Of a DNA stretch of 64,000 nucleotides, positions 1 to 9,442 are shown piece by piece. The notes beneath the pieces are model-generated. The model was not told the origin of the DNA and searched no databases. It was given only the letters and a program-made list of their open reading frames with translations. This DNA is from Nautiliaceae bacterium (GTDB lineage Bacteria > Campylobacterota > Campylobacteria > Campylobacterales > Nautiliaceae): assembly GCA_039831155.1 (NCBI GenBank), contig JBDONT010000043.1, forward strand, positions 240,606 through 304,605, written 5' to 3'. Position 1 is the stretch's first letter; each line of letters opens with the position of its first letter. The position numbers and the translations under genes are program-made.

Positions 1-552
1 AGTGACAGAGTAAGAAATATAATAGCCCCTAAAAAAATAAGCTCCGATAGATGGCTTGAAATTCACAAAACAGCCCATAAAATCGGAATGAAAACCACTG
101 CCACTATGATGTTCGGAACGGTTGAGACGATAGAAGAAGTGGTGGAACACTGGGAAAAAATAAGAAATCTTCAAGATGAAACGGGAGGATTTAGGGCTTT
201 TATTATGTGGTCTTTCCAACCGAAAAACACAGCCCTTTACAAAGAAGGAATAGTAAAACATAAAACATCATCAAACAGATATTTAAGATATTTAGCGGTT
301 AGCAGACTCTTTCTTGATAACTTCAAAAACATCCAAAGCTCCTGGGTTACTCAAGGAAGTTACATAGGTCAACTGGCCCTAAAATACGGAGCAAACGATT
401 TAGGCTCTACAATGATGGAAGAGAATGTGGTAAGAAGTGCCGGTGCTCAAAATCAAATGAACCAAAAAGAGATGATAGAACTAATAAAAGACGTAGGGGA
501 AATTCCGGCAAAAAGAAACACGGCTTATGAAATACTTGAGATTTTTAATTAA
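1..552 (+). CDS. mqnC: Cyclic dehypoxanthine futalosine synthase (radical SAM, futalosine menaquinone pathway), 5'-partial
   Basis: Frame open from base 1 (SDRVRNIIAPKK...); C-terminal motifs QSSWVTQG and GANDLGSTMMEENVVRSAGA of the MqnC/CofH family. Confidence 0.85.
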   Translation, partial: SDRVRNIIAPKKISSDRWLEIHKTAHKIGMKTTATMMFGTVETIEEVVEHWEKIRNLQDETGGFRAFIMWSFQPKNTALYKEGIVKHKTSSNRYLRYLAVSRLFLDNFKNIQSSWVTQGSYIGQLALKYGANDLGSTMMEENVVRSAGAQNQMNQKEMIELIKDVGEIPAKRNTAYEILEIFN

Positions 553-1321
553 ATTCAATCTCTTTTGAGAGTTTAAAAAACTTCCACTCTCTTCTTGAAT
601 CTTTAATAAACTCTTTATCGATATAGCTTATTAATAGTTCTTCTTTTGAGCCTAGAGAATTTACCAAATTTCCATCAGAATCGACTATAAAACTTTTACC
701 GTAAAACTCCCACTCTTTCCAACTACCGACTCTATTAACCCTGGCTACGTATATATTTTTTATAAATGCAAAACTCTTTAACATCTCATACCATCTTTTA
801 TGAGAATTAAAAGTCCCCACACTGCAAATTACAGCCAAATCAACTCTTTTTTGAAAGAAATAATCCCAAAACTGTGTAAAATGAGACTCAAATCCGAACA
901 TAGCCCCGACTCTTATTTTACCTATGCTAAAAACAAGAGGTTTATTTTCTTTTGTATCAAAAAAAGCCGCTTCATTCCAGTGAGAATAAGGCATTAAAAC
1001 GTTTTGATAATAATACCTTGCTTTTCCGTTGTGAAATTTAACCAACGCTTTATATTTTTTGTTTCCTTTAATTACAACTAAAGGAGCCAAAATTACTATA
1101 TTATAAGCAAGAGAGAGTTTTTTCAAAAGTTTCGTTTGATGTTTTGTCTGGTCTTTTATAAAATTAATAGGAGTCGTTTCTAAATCCTTAAAAAATCTAT
1201 TAAGTACATATTCCGGCAAGACGAACAGTTTTGCGTTTTCTCTTTTTGCAATATTTAAATAGTAATTAAGCTTAGCTTTATCAAACGGAAGTTCGGCACT
1301 TTGTAAAAGAGCTATTTTCAT
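545..1321 (-). CDS. Carbon-nitrogen hydrolase (nitrilase superfamily) protein
   Basis: VLPEY, MPYSHWNE, FGFESHF and NRVG...FYGKS motifs; the usual catalytic Cys position appears substituted. Confidence 0.75.
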   Translation of the reverse strand: MKIALLQSAELPFDKAKLNYYLNIAKRENAKLFVLPEYVLNRFFKDLETTPINFIKDQTKHQTKLLKKLSLAYNIVILAPLVVIKGNKKYKALVKFHNGKARYYYQNVLMPYSHWNEAAFFDTKENKPLVFSIGKIRVGAMFGFESHFTQFWDYFFQKRVDLAVICSVGTFNSHKRWYEMLKSFAFIKNIYVARVNRVGSWKEWEFYGKSFIVDSDGNLVNSLGSKEELLISYIDKEFIKDSRREWKFFKLSKEIEFN

Positions 1322-1491
1322 TTTATTTCTTCAAATTCAAGTTTTGCCTCTTCTATCATTCTTGTAGCTTCTTCTAAAAGTTTTATTCCTTTTTTATAAT
1401 ACTGCATCGCTTCATAAAGAGTAATTTCCGGGTCGTTTAGCTTATCCAAAAGTTCTTTCGCCTCTTTTAGTTTTTTTTCGAAATCTTCCAT
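1318..1491 (-). CDS. xseB: Exodeoxyribonuclease VII small subunit (57 aa; not in ORF track)
   Basis: Manual translation MEDFEKKLKEAKELLDKLNDPEITLYEAMQLYKKGIKLLEEATRMIEEAKLEFEEIK; ATGA overlap with the next gene. Confidence 0.9.
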   Translation of the reverse strand: MEDFEKKLKEAKELLDKLNDPEITLYEAMQYYKKGIKLLEEATRMIEEAKLEFEEIK

Positions 1492-1492
1492 T

Positions 1493-2593
1493 TTAGTCCT
1501 TTAAAATATCTTTAATAATAAAATCGAATTTATCAAGCTCAACCAAAAAACTATCGTGTCCGTAATCACTCTCTATTTCGTAATAATTACAATCTCCCCC
1601 CACTTTATCCATATAAACCTTTATATCCCTCATCTCTTGAGGAAAAAACAGAGTATCCCCACTAAACGATATTAAATGCATTTTATCGGTAATTTGAGAA
1701 AAAGCGTCCTCTAAAGAGTTAAATCCTCTGCTTATATCAAAAAGAGAGATAGCTTTTAATATGTAAATATAACTCAAAGGGTCAAACCATTTAGGAAACA
1801 TAGCCCCGTTATATTCTAAATAACTCTCAACCTGAAAACGCCCGAAAAGCTCAAACATTCCGTCAGTTTTTACGTATTCTCTTCCAAATTTTCTCTCAAA
1901 CGTTTTTGGCGAAATATAGTTTAAATACCCTATCATCCTAGCGGCTGCCAAACCTTTTAAACCTTTTCTTTTAATCTCATCCGAGTCATAATTTCCGTTT
2001 TTAAATTCACAATCCGCCCTAATAGCCTCTATCATCGATTTATTAATAGCTATTACGTAAGGTTTTGTTTGATAAGTAGTCGCTATAGGCACTATGTTTT
2101 CGCAAAATCCCGGAAAATCAACGGCAAACCTTAAAGCCTGCATTCCCCCCATACTACCGCCTATAACGGCTTTTATGTGTCTTATACCAAGAGAATCTAA
2201 TAAAATTTTTTGAGCTTTTACCATATCTTTTATAGTAATTACCGGGAATTTCAATCTGTATCTCTCACTGCTTCCCGGATACATAGGAGACATAGGAGAA
2301 GTTGACCCGAAACAACTCCCTATTACGTTTGTGGAAATTACAAAATATTTAGTAGTATCAATAGCTTTTCCATCTCCTATAAGCCCGTCCCACCATCCCG
2401 GTTTTCTATCACCTTCATACATCCCGGCTGCGTGATGAGACCCTGAAAGGGCGTGGGTAATTAATACTACGTTGTTCTTTTTTTCATTAAGCTCCCCATA
2501 TGTTTCATATATAATCTGCCACGGCTCTAATATTCTACCACTCTCAAGATACAAGGGTTTAGTAAAACGAGCTATTTTTGTTTCAAGTTTCAT
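1493..2593 (-). CDS. metX: Homoserine O-acetyltransferase
   Basis: HALSGSHH, GWWDGLIG, GGSMGGMQ nucleophile elbow, YGHDSFL. Confidence 0.93.
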   Translation of the reverse strand: MKLETKIARFTKPLYLESGRILEPWQIIYETYGELNEKKNNVVLITHALSGSHHAAGMYEGDRKPGWWDGLIGDGKAIDTTKYFVISTNVIGSCFGSTSPMSPMYPGSSERYRLKFPVITIKDMVKAQKILLDSLGIRHIKAVIGGSMGGMQALRFAVDFPGFCENIVPIATTYQTKPYVIAINKSMIEAIRADCEFKNGNYDSDEIKRKGLKGLAAARMIGYLNYISPKTFERKFGREYVKTDGMFELFGRFQVESYLEYNGAMFPKWFDPLSYIYILKAISLFDISRGFNSLEDAFSQITDKMHLISFSGDTLFFPQEMRDIKVYMDKVGGDCNYYEIESDYGHDSFLVELDKFDFIIKDILKD

Positions 2594-4820
2594 AGTTTCC
2601 TTTTTTTAATGCAATTTTATCAAAAGGTAGAGGTTTACAAAAATAATAACCCTGAAAATAATCAACCCCCACTTCTTTTAGTTTATTTAAAATCTCTTCA
2701 TTTTCTACAAATTCCGCAATCGTTTTTATATTGAATTTTTTAGAAAAAGTGCAGATAAGTTTGATTATTTCAAAATATTCCTCTTTATCTATATTTTTAA
2801 CAAGCGTCCCGTCAATTTTTACATAATCCGGTTCAAGTGCCAAAACGTTAATAAAGTTGGAATATCCACTTCCAAAATCGTCAATAGCTATTTCAGCCCC
2901 AAACTGTTTAACATCCTTTATAAATTTTTTAATTTCTTCAAAGTTTTGAATACTCTCACTCTCTAAAATCTCAAATGTAATTCTATCTCCTACAAAAAAA
3001 CTTCTTAAAAGATTTAAAATAAGCGTTCTTGTCTCTTTATTGGCAATATCTATAAAAGATAGGTTAATCGAAACTTTGTCTATTTTTTGAGTAACTAAGT
3101 GAGAAAAAACTTTTTTTATCATTATATTTGAAAATTCTTCATAAAGTCTTGCTTCTTTTATTAAATCCATAAACACAAAAGGAGAAAGAATCTCACTTTT
3201 ATATTTAAGCCTCATTAAAGATTCGTATTTGAGCAATTTACCGCTTTTATCAACAATACATTGATAATAAGGCTCTATATCTTCATTGTGAAGAATGGTT
3301 TTTAATTTTTGAAGGAGTTTTACTTTATGAAGCTGTTCTTCTTTAAATTTTTTATCGTAAAGAAGATATTTTATATTTTTCTTTCTGGCGGTTTTTAAAG
3401 CGTTTTCGGCAGTAATATATAAATCTTTAATATTACTAGCCCCTATCGTAAACATAAGTTCAAACCCTTCACATTTAAGCTCAAGAGACGAAAACTCTTT
3501 TAAAAACTCCTCTTTTATCTCCTCTTTAAAAGGAATTCCAAACTCATCATCCCCTATTTTATAAACCTTATCAAAATTCTCTTTTAATGTAGTCGCCACA
3601 CAATTTAATATATAATTCCCGAATTTAAATCCGTAAAGATTATTAATATTCGCAAAATCGTCAATATCTATAATAATAAGACTTTTATATTCTTTCAAAT
3701 CTTCCAAAAGTTTAAACTTATTAGGAAGTTTGGTAACTCTGTCAAAATAAACTTTTTCATATAAAAGAGCTTTTGATTTTTCATAATTATTTTTTAATTT
3801 TTCATAATCCTCAACTATTCTTTTCATTATTTTTTGGGATATCAAATAAGCCACAAAAAAACTAAAAGCTCCAAAAATAATCATTATAATAATAGTTCCG
3901 ATAAATACCTTTTTGGCTTCTTTTTCTATTTGAGATTTTATAGAGTTAATATCTTTTGTAATATCAGAAAAATAGTACCCTTTCATAAAAGTTAAATTAT
4001 AAGGCCTATAAATTGTAAAATAACTAATTTTCTTTTCAACTTTACCAGTTAAAGGATTTTTATAAAAATATTCTAAAAAACAACTGTCTTTTACTTTTAA
4101 ACAGTTAAAATATTTTTTTCTAAAATAATTTCCCTTTATGTCCGGTTTATTTAACAAAAGTGGTTTACCGATAATAGATTTTATAGGATGATAAACAACT
4201 TTTCCGAAAACATCTCCTTTAGGGTTCCAATCGGTTACCATTCCTACAGCTATGTAAGAGCGAGGATTATTTACATTTTCTAAATATCTAAACATATTGC
4301 GTTTAATAAAATCATCAACTATGGAAAGCTTAAACGCTATACCTATAATAGTACCGTCTCTCAAACGTTTCTCTACCGCTAAGTATTTAACATTGTTTTT
4401 AATAACAATTAGATGTTTAATATGCCTGACTTTTATATAAGTTCTTTTTAATTTAGGATATATAATATTCTCAGACTCTATATAAAAAAACAAATCTTTA
4501 TTTTGATGGTTTTTAAAAAACTTCACAAATCCTTTCGAATAATATTTATAATTATGAAGAACAACATCCAACAAAGCTTGAAGATTTCTTTCAGTCAAAA
4601 GATAATTACTCAATCTTATCTCTTCTATAGCTTTTATTATAGAATCAAGTTCTATTTTTAAATAGTTTTTTTTATTTTGAATCACTATATCTTTGGCTTT
4701 TGTTAATTCTTTTTGGGTTATCTCGTTGATAAAAAAGAAATAATAAACACCAAACGACACAAACGTAAAAAAGAAAAATAAAAAAGGAATGATAAAAATT
4801 TGATTAATTAAACGCTTCAT
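2583..4820 (-). CDS. Membrane-anchored Cache sensor / GGDEF / EAL c-di-GMP signalling protein
   Basis: Two TM segments flank a periplasmic Cache-like region (YHP...D.KG.YF); GDDEF variant; EAL-domain motifs YESLMRL, DDFGSGYS, KIDG, AEFVE, QGYYF. Confidence 0.85.
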   Translation of the reverse strand: MKRLINQIFIIPFLFFFFTFVSFGVYYFFFINEITQKELTKAKDIVIQNKKNYLKIELDSIIKAIEEIRLSNYLLTERNLQALLDVVLHNYKYYSKGFVKFFKNHQNKDLFFYIESENIIYPKLKRTYIKVRHIKHLIVIKNNVKYLAVEKRLRDGTIIGIAFKLSIVDDFIKRNMFRYLENVNNPRSYIAVGMVTDWNPKGDVFGKVVYHPIKSIIGKPLLLNKPDIKGNYFRKKYFNCLKVKDSCFLEYFYKNPLTGKVEKKISYFTIYRPYNLTFMKGYYFSDITKDINSIKSQIEKEAKKVFIGTIIIMIIFGAFSFFVAYLISQKIMKRIVEDYEKLKNNYEKSKALLYEKVYFDRVTKLPNKFKLLEDLKEYKSLIIIDIDDFANINNLYGFKFGNYILNCVATTLKENFDKVYKIGDDEFGIPFKEEIKEEFLKEFSSLELKCEGFELMFTIGASNIKDLYITAENALKTARKKNIKYLLYDKKFKEEQLHKVKLLQKLKTILHNEDIEPYYQCIVDKSGKLLKYESLMRLKYKSEILSPFVFMDLIKEARLYEEFSNIMIKKVFSHLVTQKIDKVSINLSFIDIANKETRTLILNLLRSFFVGDRITFEILESESIQNFEEIKKFIKDVKQFGAEIAIDDFGSGYSNFINVLALEPDYVKIDGTLVKNIDKEEYFEIIKLICTFSKKFNIKTIAEFVENEEILNKLKEVGVDYFQGYYFCKPLPFDKIALKKGNYET

Positions 4821-6057
4821 TTAAATCCTTAATCAAATCTTCCACATCCTCAAGTCCTATACTAAGCCTAATAAGCCCCTCTGCCACTCCGGCTTCTATC
4901 AGTTCACTAGGACTCAACTGCTGATGAGTGGTACTTGCCGGATGGGTTACAAGAGACTTGCTATCTCCTATATTCGTTACCAAAGAGAAAATTTTAAGTT
5001 TACTTACAAACTCTTTAGCTTCTTCGTAACTTCCCAGTTCAAAACTGATAATTCCACCTGCATATTTTAAATATTTTTTTGCTTTTTCATAATTTTTATC
5101 CCCCTCTAATAACGGATAATTTACGTTTTTCACTTTAGGATGCGATTTTAAAAATCCGGCTATTTCAAGTGCAGAAGTCGAATGTTGCTTAATTCTTAAA
5201 TGTAAATGTTCAAGCCCCTGCAATAAAAGCCAGGAGTTAAAAGGAGAAATAACGGCTCCGTAATCCCTTAAAAGGGCAAGTCTTGCCCTTGTTATAAAAG
5301 GAGAATCAAATTTTTCATTATAAATAAGTCCGTGATAACTCTCATCCGGTTCATTAAATTGAGGATATCTGTTTGATTTTAGTTTCTCTTTTGCAAAAGG
5401 AGCCTCAATAATACACCCGGCAATGGCACTCCCGTTTCCCGCTATATACTTACTTGCACTATGAACCACTATATCGACTCCAAGCTTAATTGGTTTTACC
5501 CCGTAAGGAGTCGCTATTGTATTGTCACACGCAACAATAACCCCGTATTTATCGGCAATTTTTACAATTTCTTCAAAATCGGCTACATTAAGTGCCGGAT
5601 TGGCGATACTCTCTATTAAAATAAGTTTTGTCTTTTCGTCTATTACATCTTCTAAAGTAAGAGGATTGTCTATATCAAAATATCTGCTTTTTATCCCAAA
5701 CTGTTTAAGAGTTTGGGTTGATAAAGTAATACTGCCTCCGTAAAGCTTATTTGAAATAACTATATTATCGCCTTTTTCCACCAAATTGGAAATAGTATAA
5801 AAAATAGCGGCCATTCCACTAGCCGTAGCCAAAGCGTCAATTCCCCTCTCAAGGGCTGCTATTCTTTTTTCAAATACTCTTGTTGTAGGATTTCCTATAC
5901 GCGTATAGATATTACCCTCTTCTTCTAAATCGAAAAGTCTGGCTGCGTGGTCGGTATCTTCATATTCATAAGCCGTAGTCATATAAATAGGTATTTGCAT
6001 ACTTTTTTGAGAGTCCTTTTCATATCCTGCATGGATAGCTAACGTAGCGTCTTTCAT
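4804..6057 (-). CDS. metY: O-acetylhomoserine sulfhydrylase (aminocarboxypropyltransferase)
   Basis: IYTRIGNPT, ASGMAA, HSASKY (PLP Lys), THPASTTHQQL; start moved to ATG 6057 (MKDATL). Confidence 0.88.
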   Translation of the reverse strand: MKDATLAIHAGYEKDSQKSMQIPIYMTTAYEYEDTDHAARLFDLEEEGNIYTRIGNPTTRVFEKRIAALERGIDALATASGMAAIFYTISNLVEKGDNIVISNKLYGGSITLSTQTLKQFGIKSRYFDIDNPLTLEDVIDEKTKLILIESIANPALNVADFEEIVKIADKYGVIVACDNTIATPYGVKPIKLGVDIVVHSASKYIAGNGSAIAGCIIEAPFAKEKLKSNRYPQFNEPDESYHGLIYNEKFDSPFITRARLALLRDYGAVISPFNSWLLLQGLEHLHLRIKQHSTSALEIAGFLKSHPKVKNVNYPLLEGDKNYEKAKKYLKYAGGIISFELGSYEEAKEFVSKLKIFSLVTNIGDSKSLVTHPASTTHQQLSPSELIEAGVAEGLIRLSIGLEDVEDLIKDLNEAFN

Positions 6058-6071
6058 AAAAATAACCTTTA

Positions 6072-6099
6072 TGATAAAATTTCTTAAGTAATTATACCA
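6072..6099. promoter_or_regulatory. Overlapping divergent RpoD-type extended -10 promoters (cmoA on +, metY on -)
   Basis: TGATAAAAT on + at 6072-6080; TGGTATAAT on - at 6091-6099. Confidence 0.55.
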
Positions 6100-6109
6100 A
6101 AGGATAAAA

Positions 6110-6820
6110 GTGGAAGACAAAGTTTTTAATAAACCTATCAAAAAACAGTTCGAATTTGACGAAGAAGTGGCAAGTGTTTTTGACGATATGCTAAATAGAA
6201 GCGTTCCTTTTTACAAAGAAAACCTAAACTTACAAATAGACATCCTAAAAAATTTCTTAAATCCAAACGACAAAGTAGTGGATTTGGGAAGTTCTACCGG
6301 TACGTTTCTTATAGAATTAGCCAAAAAATTTACTTCCGAACTTAAACTAATAGGTATAGACAATTCCCCTGCTATGATTAAACGAGCCAAAAACAAAGCC
6401 AAAGCCTTTGGAGTAAATATAAAATTTATAGAGGATGACTTTTTAAATTACGATTTCTCAAACTCAAAAGCCGTTATAGCAAACTACACCATTCAGTTTA
6501 TAAGACCTTTAAAAAGAGAGAAGCTAATTAAAAAGATATTCAATTCCTTAACAAGCGACGGGATATTTTTGATGAGTGAAAAATTAATAACAGAAAATAA
6601 AAAGCTAAATAAAATTATGATAGATATCTACTATGAATACAAAAAGAAAATGGGGTATAGCGAATTTGAAATAGCTCAAAAAAGAGAAGCCTTAGAAAAC
6701 GTCTTAATTCCTTATACTATGAACGAAAACATAGAAATGCTAAAAAACGCCGGTTTTATGGAAATAGAAGTAATTTTTAGATGGAACAATTTTGCAACGT
6801 TTATAGCTTTTAAGAATTAA
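6110..6820 (+). CDS. cmoA: Carboxy-S-adenosyl-L-methionine synthase
   Basis: [46 protein letters not shown]. Confidence 0.92.
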   Translation: MEDKVFNKPIKKQFEFDEEVASVFDDMLNRSVPFYKENLNLQIDILKNFLNPNDKVVDLGSSTGTFLIELAKKFTSELKLIGIDNSPAMIKRAKNKAKAFGVNIKFIEDDFLNYDFSNSKAVIANYTIQFIRPLKREKLIKKIFNSLTSDGIFLMSEKLITENKKLNKIMIDIYYEYKKKMGYSEFEIAQKREALENVLIPYTMNENIEMLKNAGFMEIEVIFRWNNFATFIAFKN

Positions 6821-9005
6821 AGTTAATACTTATACTTCCAAGCACTTCAAATTTAGCGTTCGGATCTATTTCGGCGTGAGACAATACCACAACATCCACT
6901 CCGAATCTCTCAAGTATTTCGGCAAGCGGTTTTCTTATAAGAGGGTCTACTATCAATACAACCGGAGCAATTCCTTTATTTACAATTTCGGCAGCCGCGT
7001 TACTAATCTCCTCTACAAGTTTATTCATTTCGGCAACCGTTAAAAGAAACTGCTTTTGTTCTCCTTGTTTTTGGAGTTTATTCATAAGATACTGCTCCGT
7101 CGCAGAGTCAAACGTAATTAATTTAAGAGTTCCGTCTTCACTCTCATAAAGTTTCGTAATAACACGGCTTAAAGCACTTCTTACGTGTTCTACAATCACA
7201 TCAATATTTTTGGTATATTCGGCCACATCCGCAACGGTCTCAAGAATGGTTATCATATCTTTAATAGGTATTTTTTCGTGAAGAAGAGACTTAAGCACTC
7301 TTTGAATAAGCCCGATACTTGCAACTTTAAGAGCATCTTCCACAATAGCCGGAAAGTCTTTTTTAACTCTATCAAGCAGAGCTTGAACATCTTGACGGGT
7401 AAGAAGTTCTTCTGCGTATTTTTTAATTATTTCGCTAATATGCGTAACTATTACGGTAGAAGCGTCAACAACAGTATATCCGTTCATCAAAGCCTCTTCT
7501 TTCTTATCTTCGTCAATCCATATAGCGTCTATTCCAAAAGCCGGTTCTTTTACCTTTATCCCTTCAATCTCCTCTATCACCATAGGCGTTGACATAGCAA
7601 GATATTTATCCGGATAAATCTCCCCTCTTGCAACCTCAACACCTTTTAATAAAATCTGATACTCATTAGGATTTAAATGCAAATTATCCTTAATTCTGAT
7701 TTGAGGTACTAAAAACCCAAAGTCTTGAGCTATTTTCTTTCTCATAGTTTTTATCCTATCAAGCAAATCCCCTCCCTGATTAGGGTCGGCTATTTTAATT
7801 AACTGATACCCTATATTAAGTTCTAAAAGCTCAACCTTTAATATATCCTCAAGAACTTTTTCTTCTTCTTTTGCAAGTTCTTCCGGAGATTTTTTCGGTT
7901 TTTGAGCCTCTTTTTTAACACCGTCAGATTTTTTGGCTTGAGTCGAATCTTTTTTAGGAGAAGTGGAAGGTGTTTTTTTTCTAAATTTAGACAGCAATTC
8001 TCCTATAGGGTCAACACCTTTCTCACTCTCCATCATTAAATATCCAGTTACCAAAAACACAAACCCCACAAAAAGCATACTTCCCGTAGGAAACCCCGGA
8101 ATAAACGCCATAAAAATCAATATAGTCCCCACTATCAAAACAACTTTATAATCTCTTATTAACTGCTTGATAACACCTTCTGCAAAGTTTGTTTCGTCTT
8201 TTGTGGCTCTTGTGATAATAATACCCGTTGCCGTAGATATCATAAGAGCTGGAATCTGCCCTACAAGTCCGTCTCCTACGGTCAATATCGTATACGTAGA
8301 AGCCGCCTGGGATAAGCTAAGATCGTGTTGAAAAACACCTATCAAAAACCCGGCTATTATATTTACAAGCGTAATAATAATCCCGGCAACCGCGTCACCT
8401 TTTACAAACTTACTAGCCCCATCCATAGCCCCGTAGAAGTTCGCTTCTTTTATAAGCTCGGCCCTTCTTCTTTTGGCTTCCTCTTCATCAATAAGCCCGG
8501 CATTTAAATCGGCGTCAATAGCCATCTGTTTCCCGGGCATTGCATCAAGCGTAAATCTTGCGGCAACTTCTGCAACCCTTGTAGAACCTTGAGTAATCAC
8601 CATAAAGTTAATAACAACCAAAATAATAAAAACAATTATTCCTATTACGTAGTTTCCTCCAATTACGAAATTCCCAAAAGCCGTAATAATTTCACTGACA
8701 GACTGTGGACCTTCGTTACCTTTGCTTAGAATCATTCTGGTTGTGGCTACGTTTAAAGAGAGTCTATATAAAGTAACAATCAAAATAATAGTAGGAAAAG
8801 TGGTAAAATCGGTAGGCTTTGGAATATATAAACTTAAAAGCAAAATCAAAACCCCAACCGATAAAGAAATGGTAAGAAAAAAATCGAGTATTCCACTTGG
8901 AAGAGGAACGATAATAATTAAAAGTATCGCAAAAACAAAGGCGACAACACCTAAATCAGTAATCTCACTAAAAAACCTTAGTGACTTTTTAACCTTATTT
9001 ACCAG
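6810..9005 (-). CDS. flhA: Flagellar export apparatus protein FlhA (probable CTG start at 9005)
   Basis: [22 protein letters not shown] and [15 protein letters not shown]; frame is open upstream of the called TTG to 9008 and encodes the conserved IIIVPLP..LDFFL helix. Confidence 0.95.
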   Translation of the reverse strand: MVNKVKKSLRFFSEITDLGVVAFVFAILLIIIVPLPSGILDFFLTISLSVGVLILLLSLYIPKPTDFTTFPTIILIVTLYRLSLNVATTRMILSKGNEGPQSVSEIITAFGNFVIGGNYVIGIIVFIILVVINFMVITQGSTRVAEVAARFTLDAMPGKQMAIDADLNAGLIDEEEAKRRRAELIKEANFYGAMDGASKFVKGDAVAGIIITLVNIIAGFLIGVFQHDLSLSQAASTYTILTVGDGLVGQIPALMISTATGIIITRATKDETNFAEGVIKQLIRDYKVVLIVGTILIFMAFIPGFPTGSMLFVGFVFLVTGYLMMESEKGVDPIGELLSKFRKKTPSTSPKKDSTQAKKSDGVKKEAQKPKKSPEELAKEEEKVLEDILKVELLELNIGYQLIKIADPNQGGDLLDRIKTMRKKIAQDFGFLVPQIRIKDNLHLNPNEYQILLKGVEVARGEIYPDKYLAMSTPMVIEEIEGIKVKEPAFGIDAIWIDEDKKEEALMNGYTVVDASTVIVTHISEIIKKYAEELLTRQDVQALLDRVKKDFPAIVEDALKVASIGLIQRVLKSLLHEKIPIKDMITILETVADVAEYTKNIDVIVEHVRSALSRVITKLYESEDGTLKLITFDSATEQYLMNKLQKQGEQKQFLLTVAEMNKLVEEISNAAAEIVNKGIAPVVLIVDPLIRKPLAEILERFGVDVVVLSHAEIDPNAKFEVLGSISINFNS

Positions 9006-9411
9006 ATTTCATCCTTATTACGTCTTCTAAAGTATAATTTTTAATAATATCCAAAAACTTCTCTTCCAAAAATGAAAAAAAAGGTCTTATAGAACATACA
9101 CTAGACCTACCTCTTACGCAATCTTCTGCATCGTTTGAGCAATAAAATACCAAAGAGTTTTTATCCTCCATAACTTTAAAAATTTCTAAAATTTTAATCT
9201 CTTTTGGAGGTTTTGACAATATAAAACCTCCGTGAATTCCTTTATAAGATTTTACAAAACCCTTTTTTGAGAGAGTCTGCAAAAGCTTAGCCAAAAAAGG
9301 TCTTGGCAAATCGGTAATTTCCGCCAAATGACTAACATCCACCGGTTTATCGAATTTAGACAGTTCAACTAAAGCGTGTAGAGTATAAACCGTCGATTTG
9401 GTAAATAACAA
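8995..9411 (-). CDS. Rrf2 family transcriptional regulator
   Basis: Winged helix with LAKLLQTL and KGIHGGF; three C-terminal Cys (possible Fe-S ligands). Confidence 0.9.
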   Translation of the reverse strand: MLFTKSTVYTLHALVELSKFDKPVDVSHLAEITDLPRPFLAKLLQTLSKKGFVKSYKGIHGGFILSKPPKEIKILEIFKVMEDKNSLVFYCSNDAEDCVRGRSSVCSIRPFFSFLEEKFLDIIKNYTLEDVIRMKSGK

Positions 9412-9442
9412 TTTATATCCTTTTTATCAAATTATACCTAAA

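Noticed and set aside
6058-6109. SAM or other riboswitch upstream of metY
   Set aside because: The intergenic gap is only ~50 nt and is filled by two promoters; no aptamer-like structure
6058-6141. N-terminal extension of metY (likewise hisD, dctP-like, rsmH, yidD, mnmE) in the ORF track
   Set aside because: The extensions run into promoters or neighbouring genes; internal ATGs fit the family N-termini better
7185-9030. Several + strand ORFs (135, 62, 60, 102 aa)
   Set aside because: All lie antisense within flhA and have no independent signals
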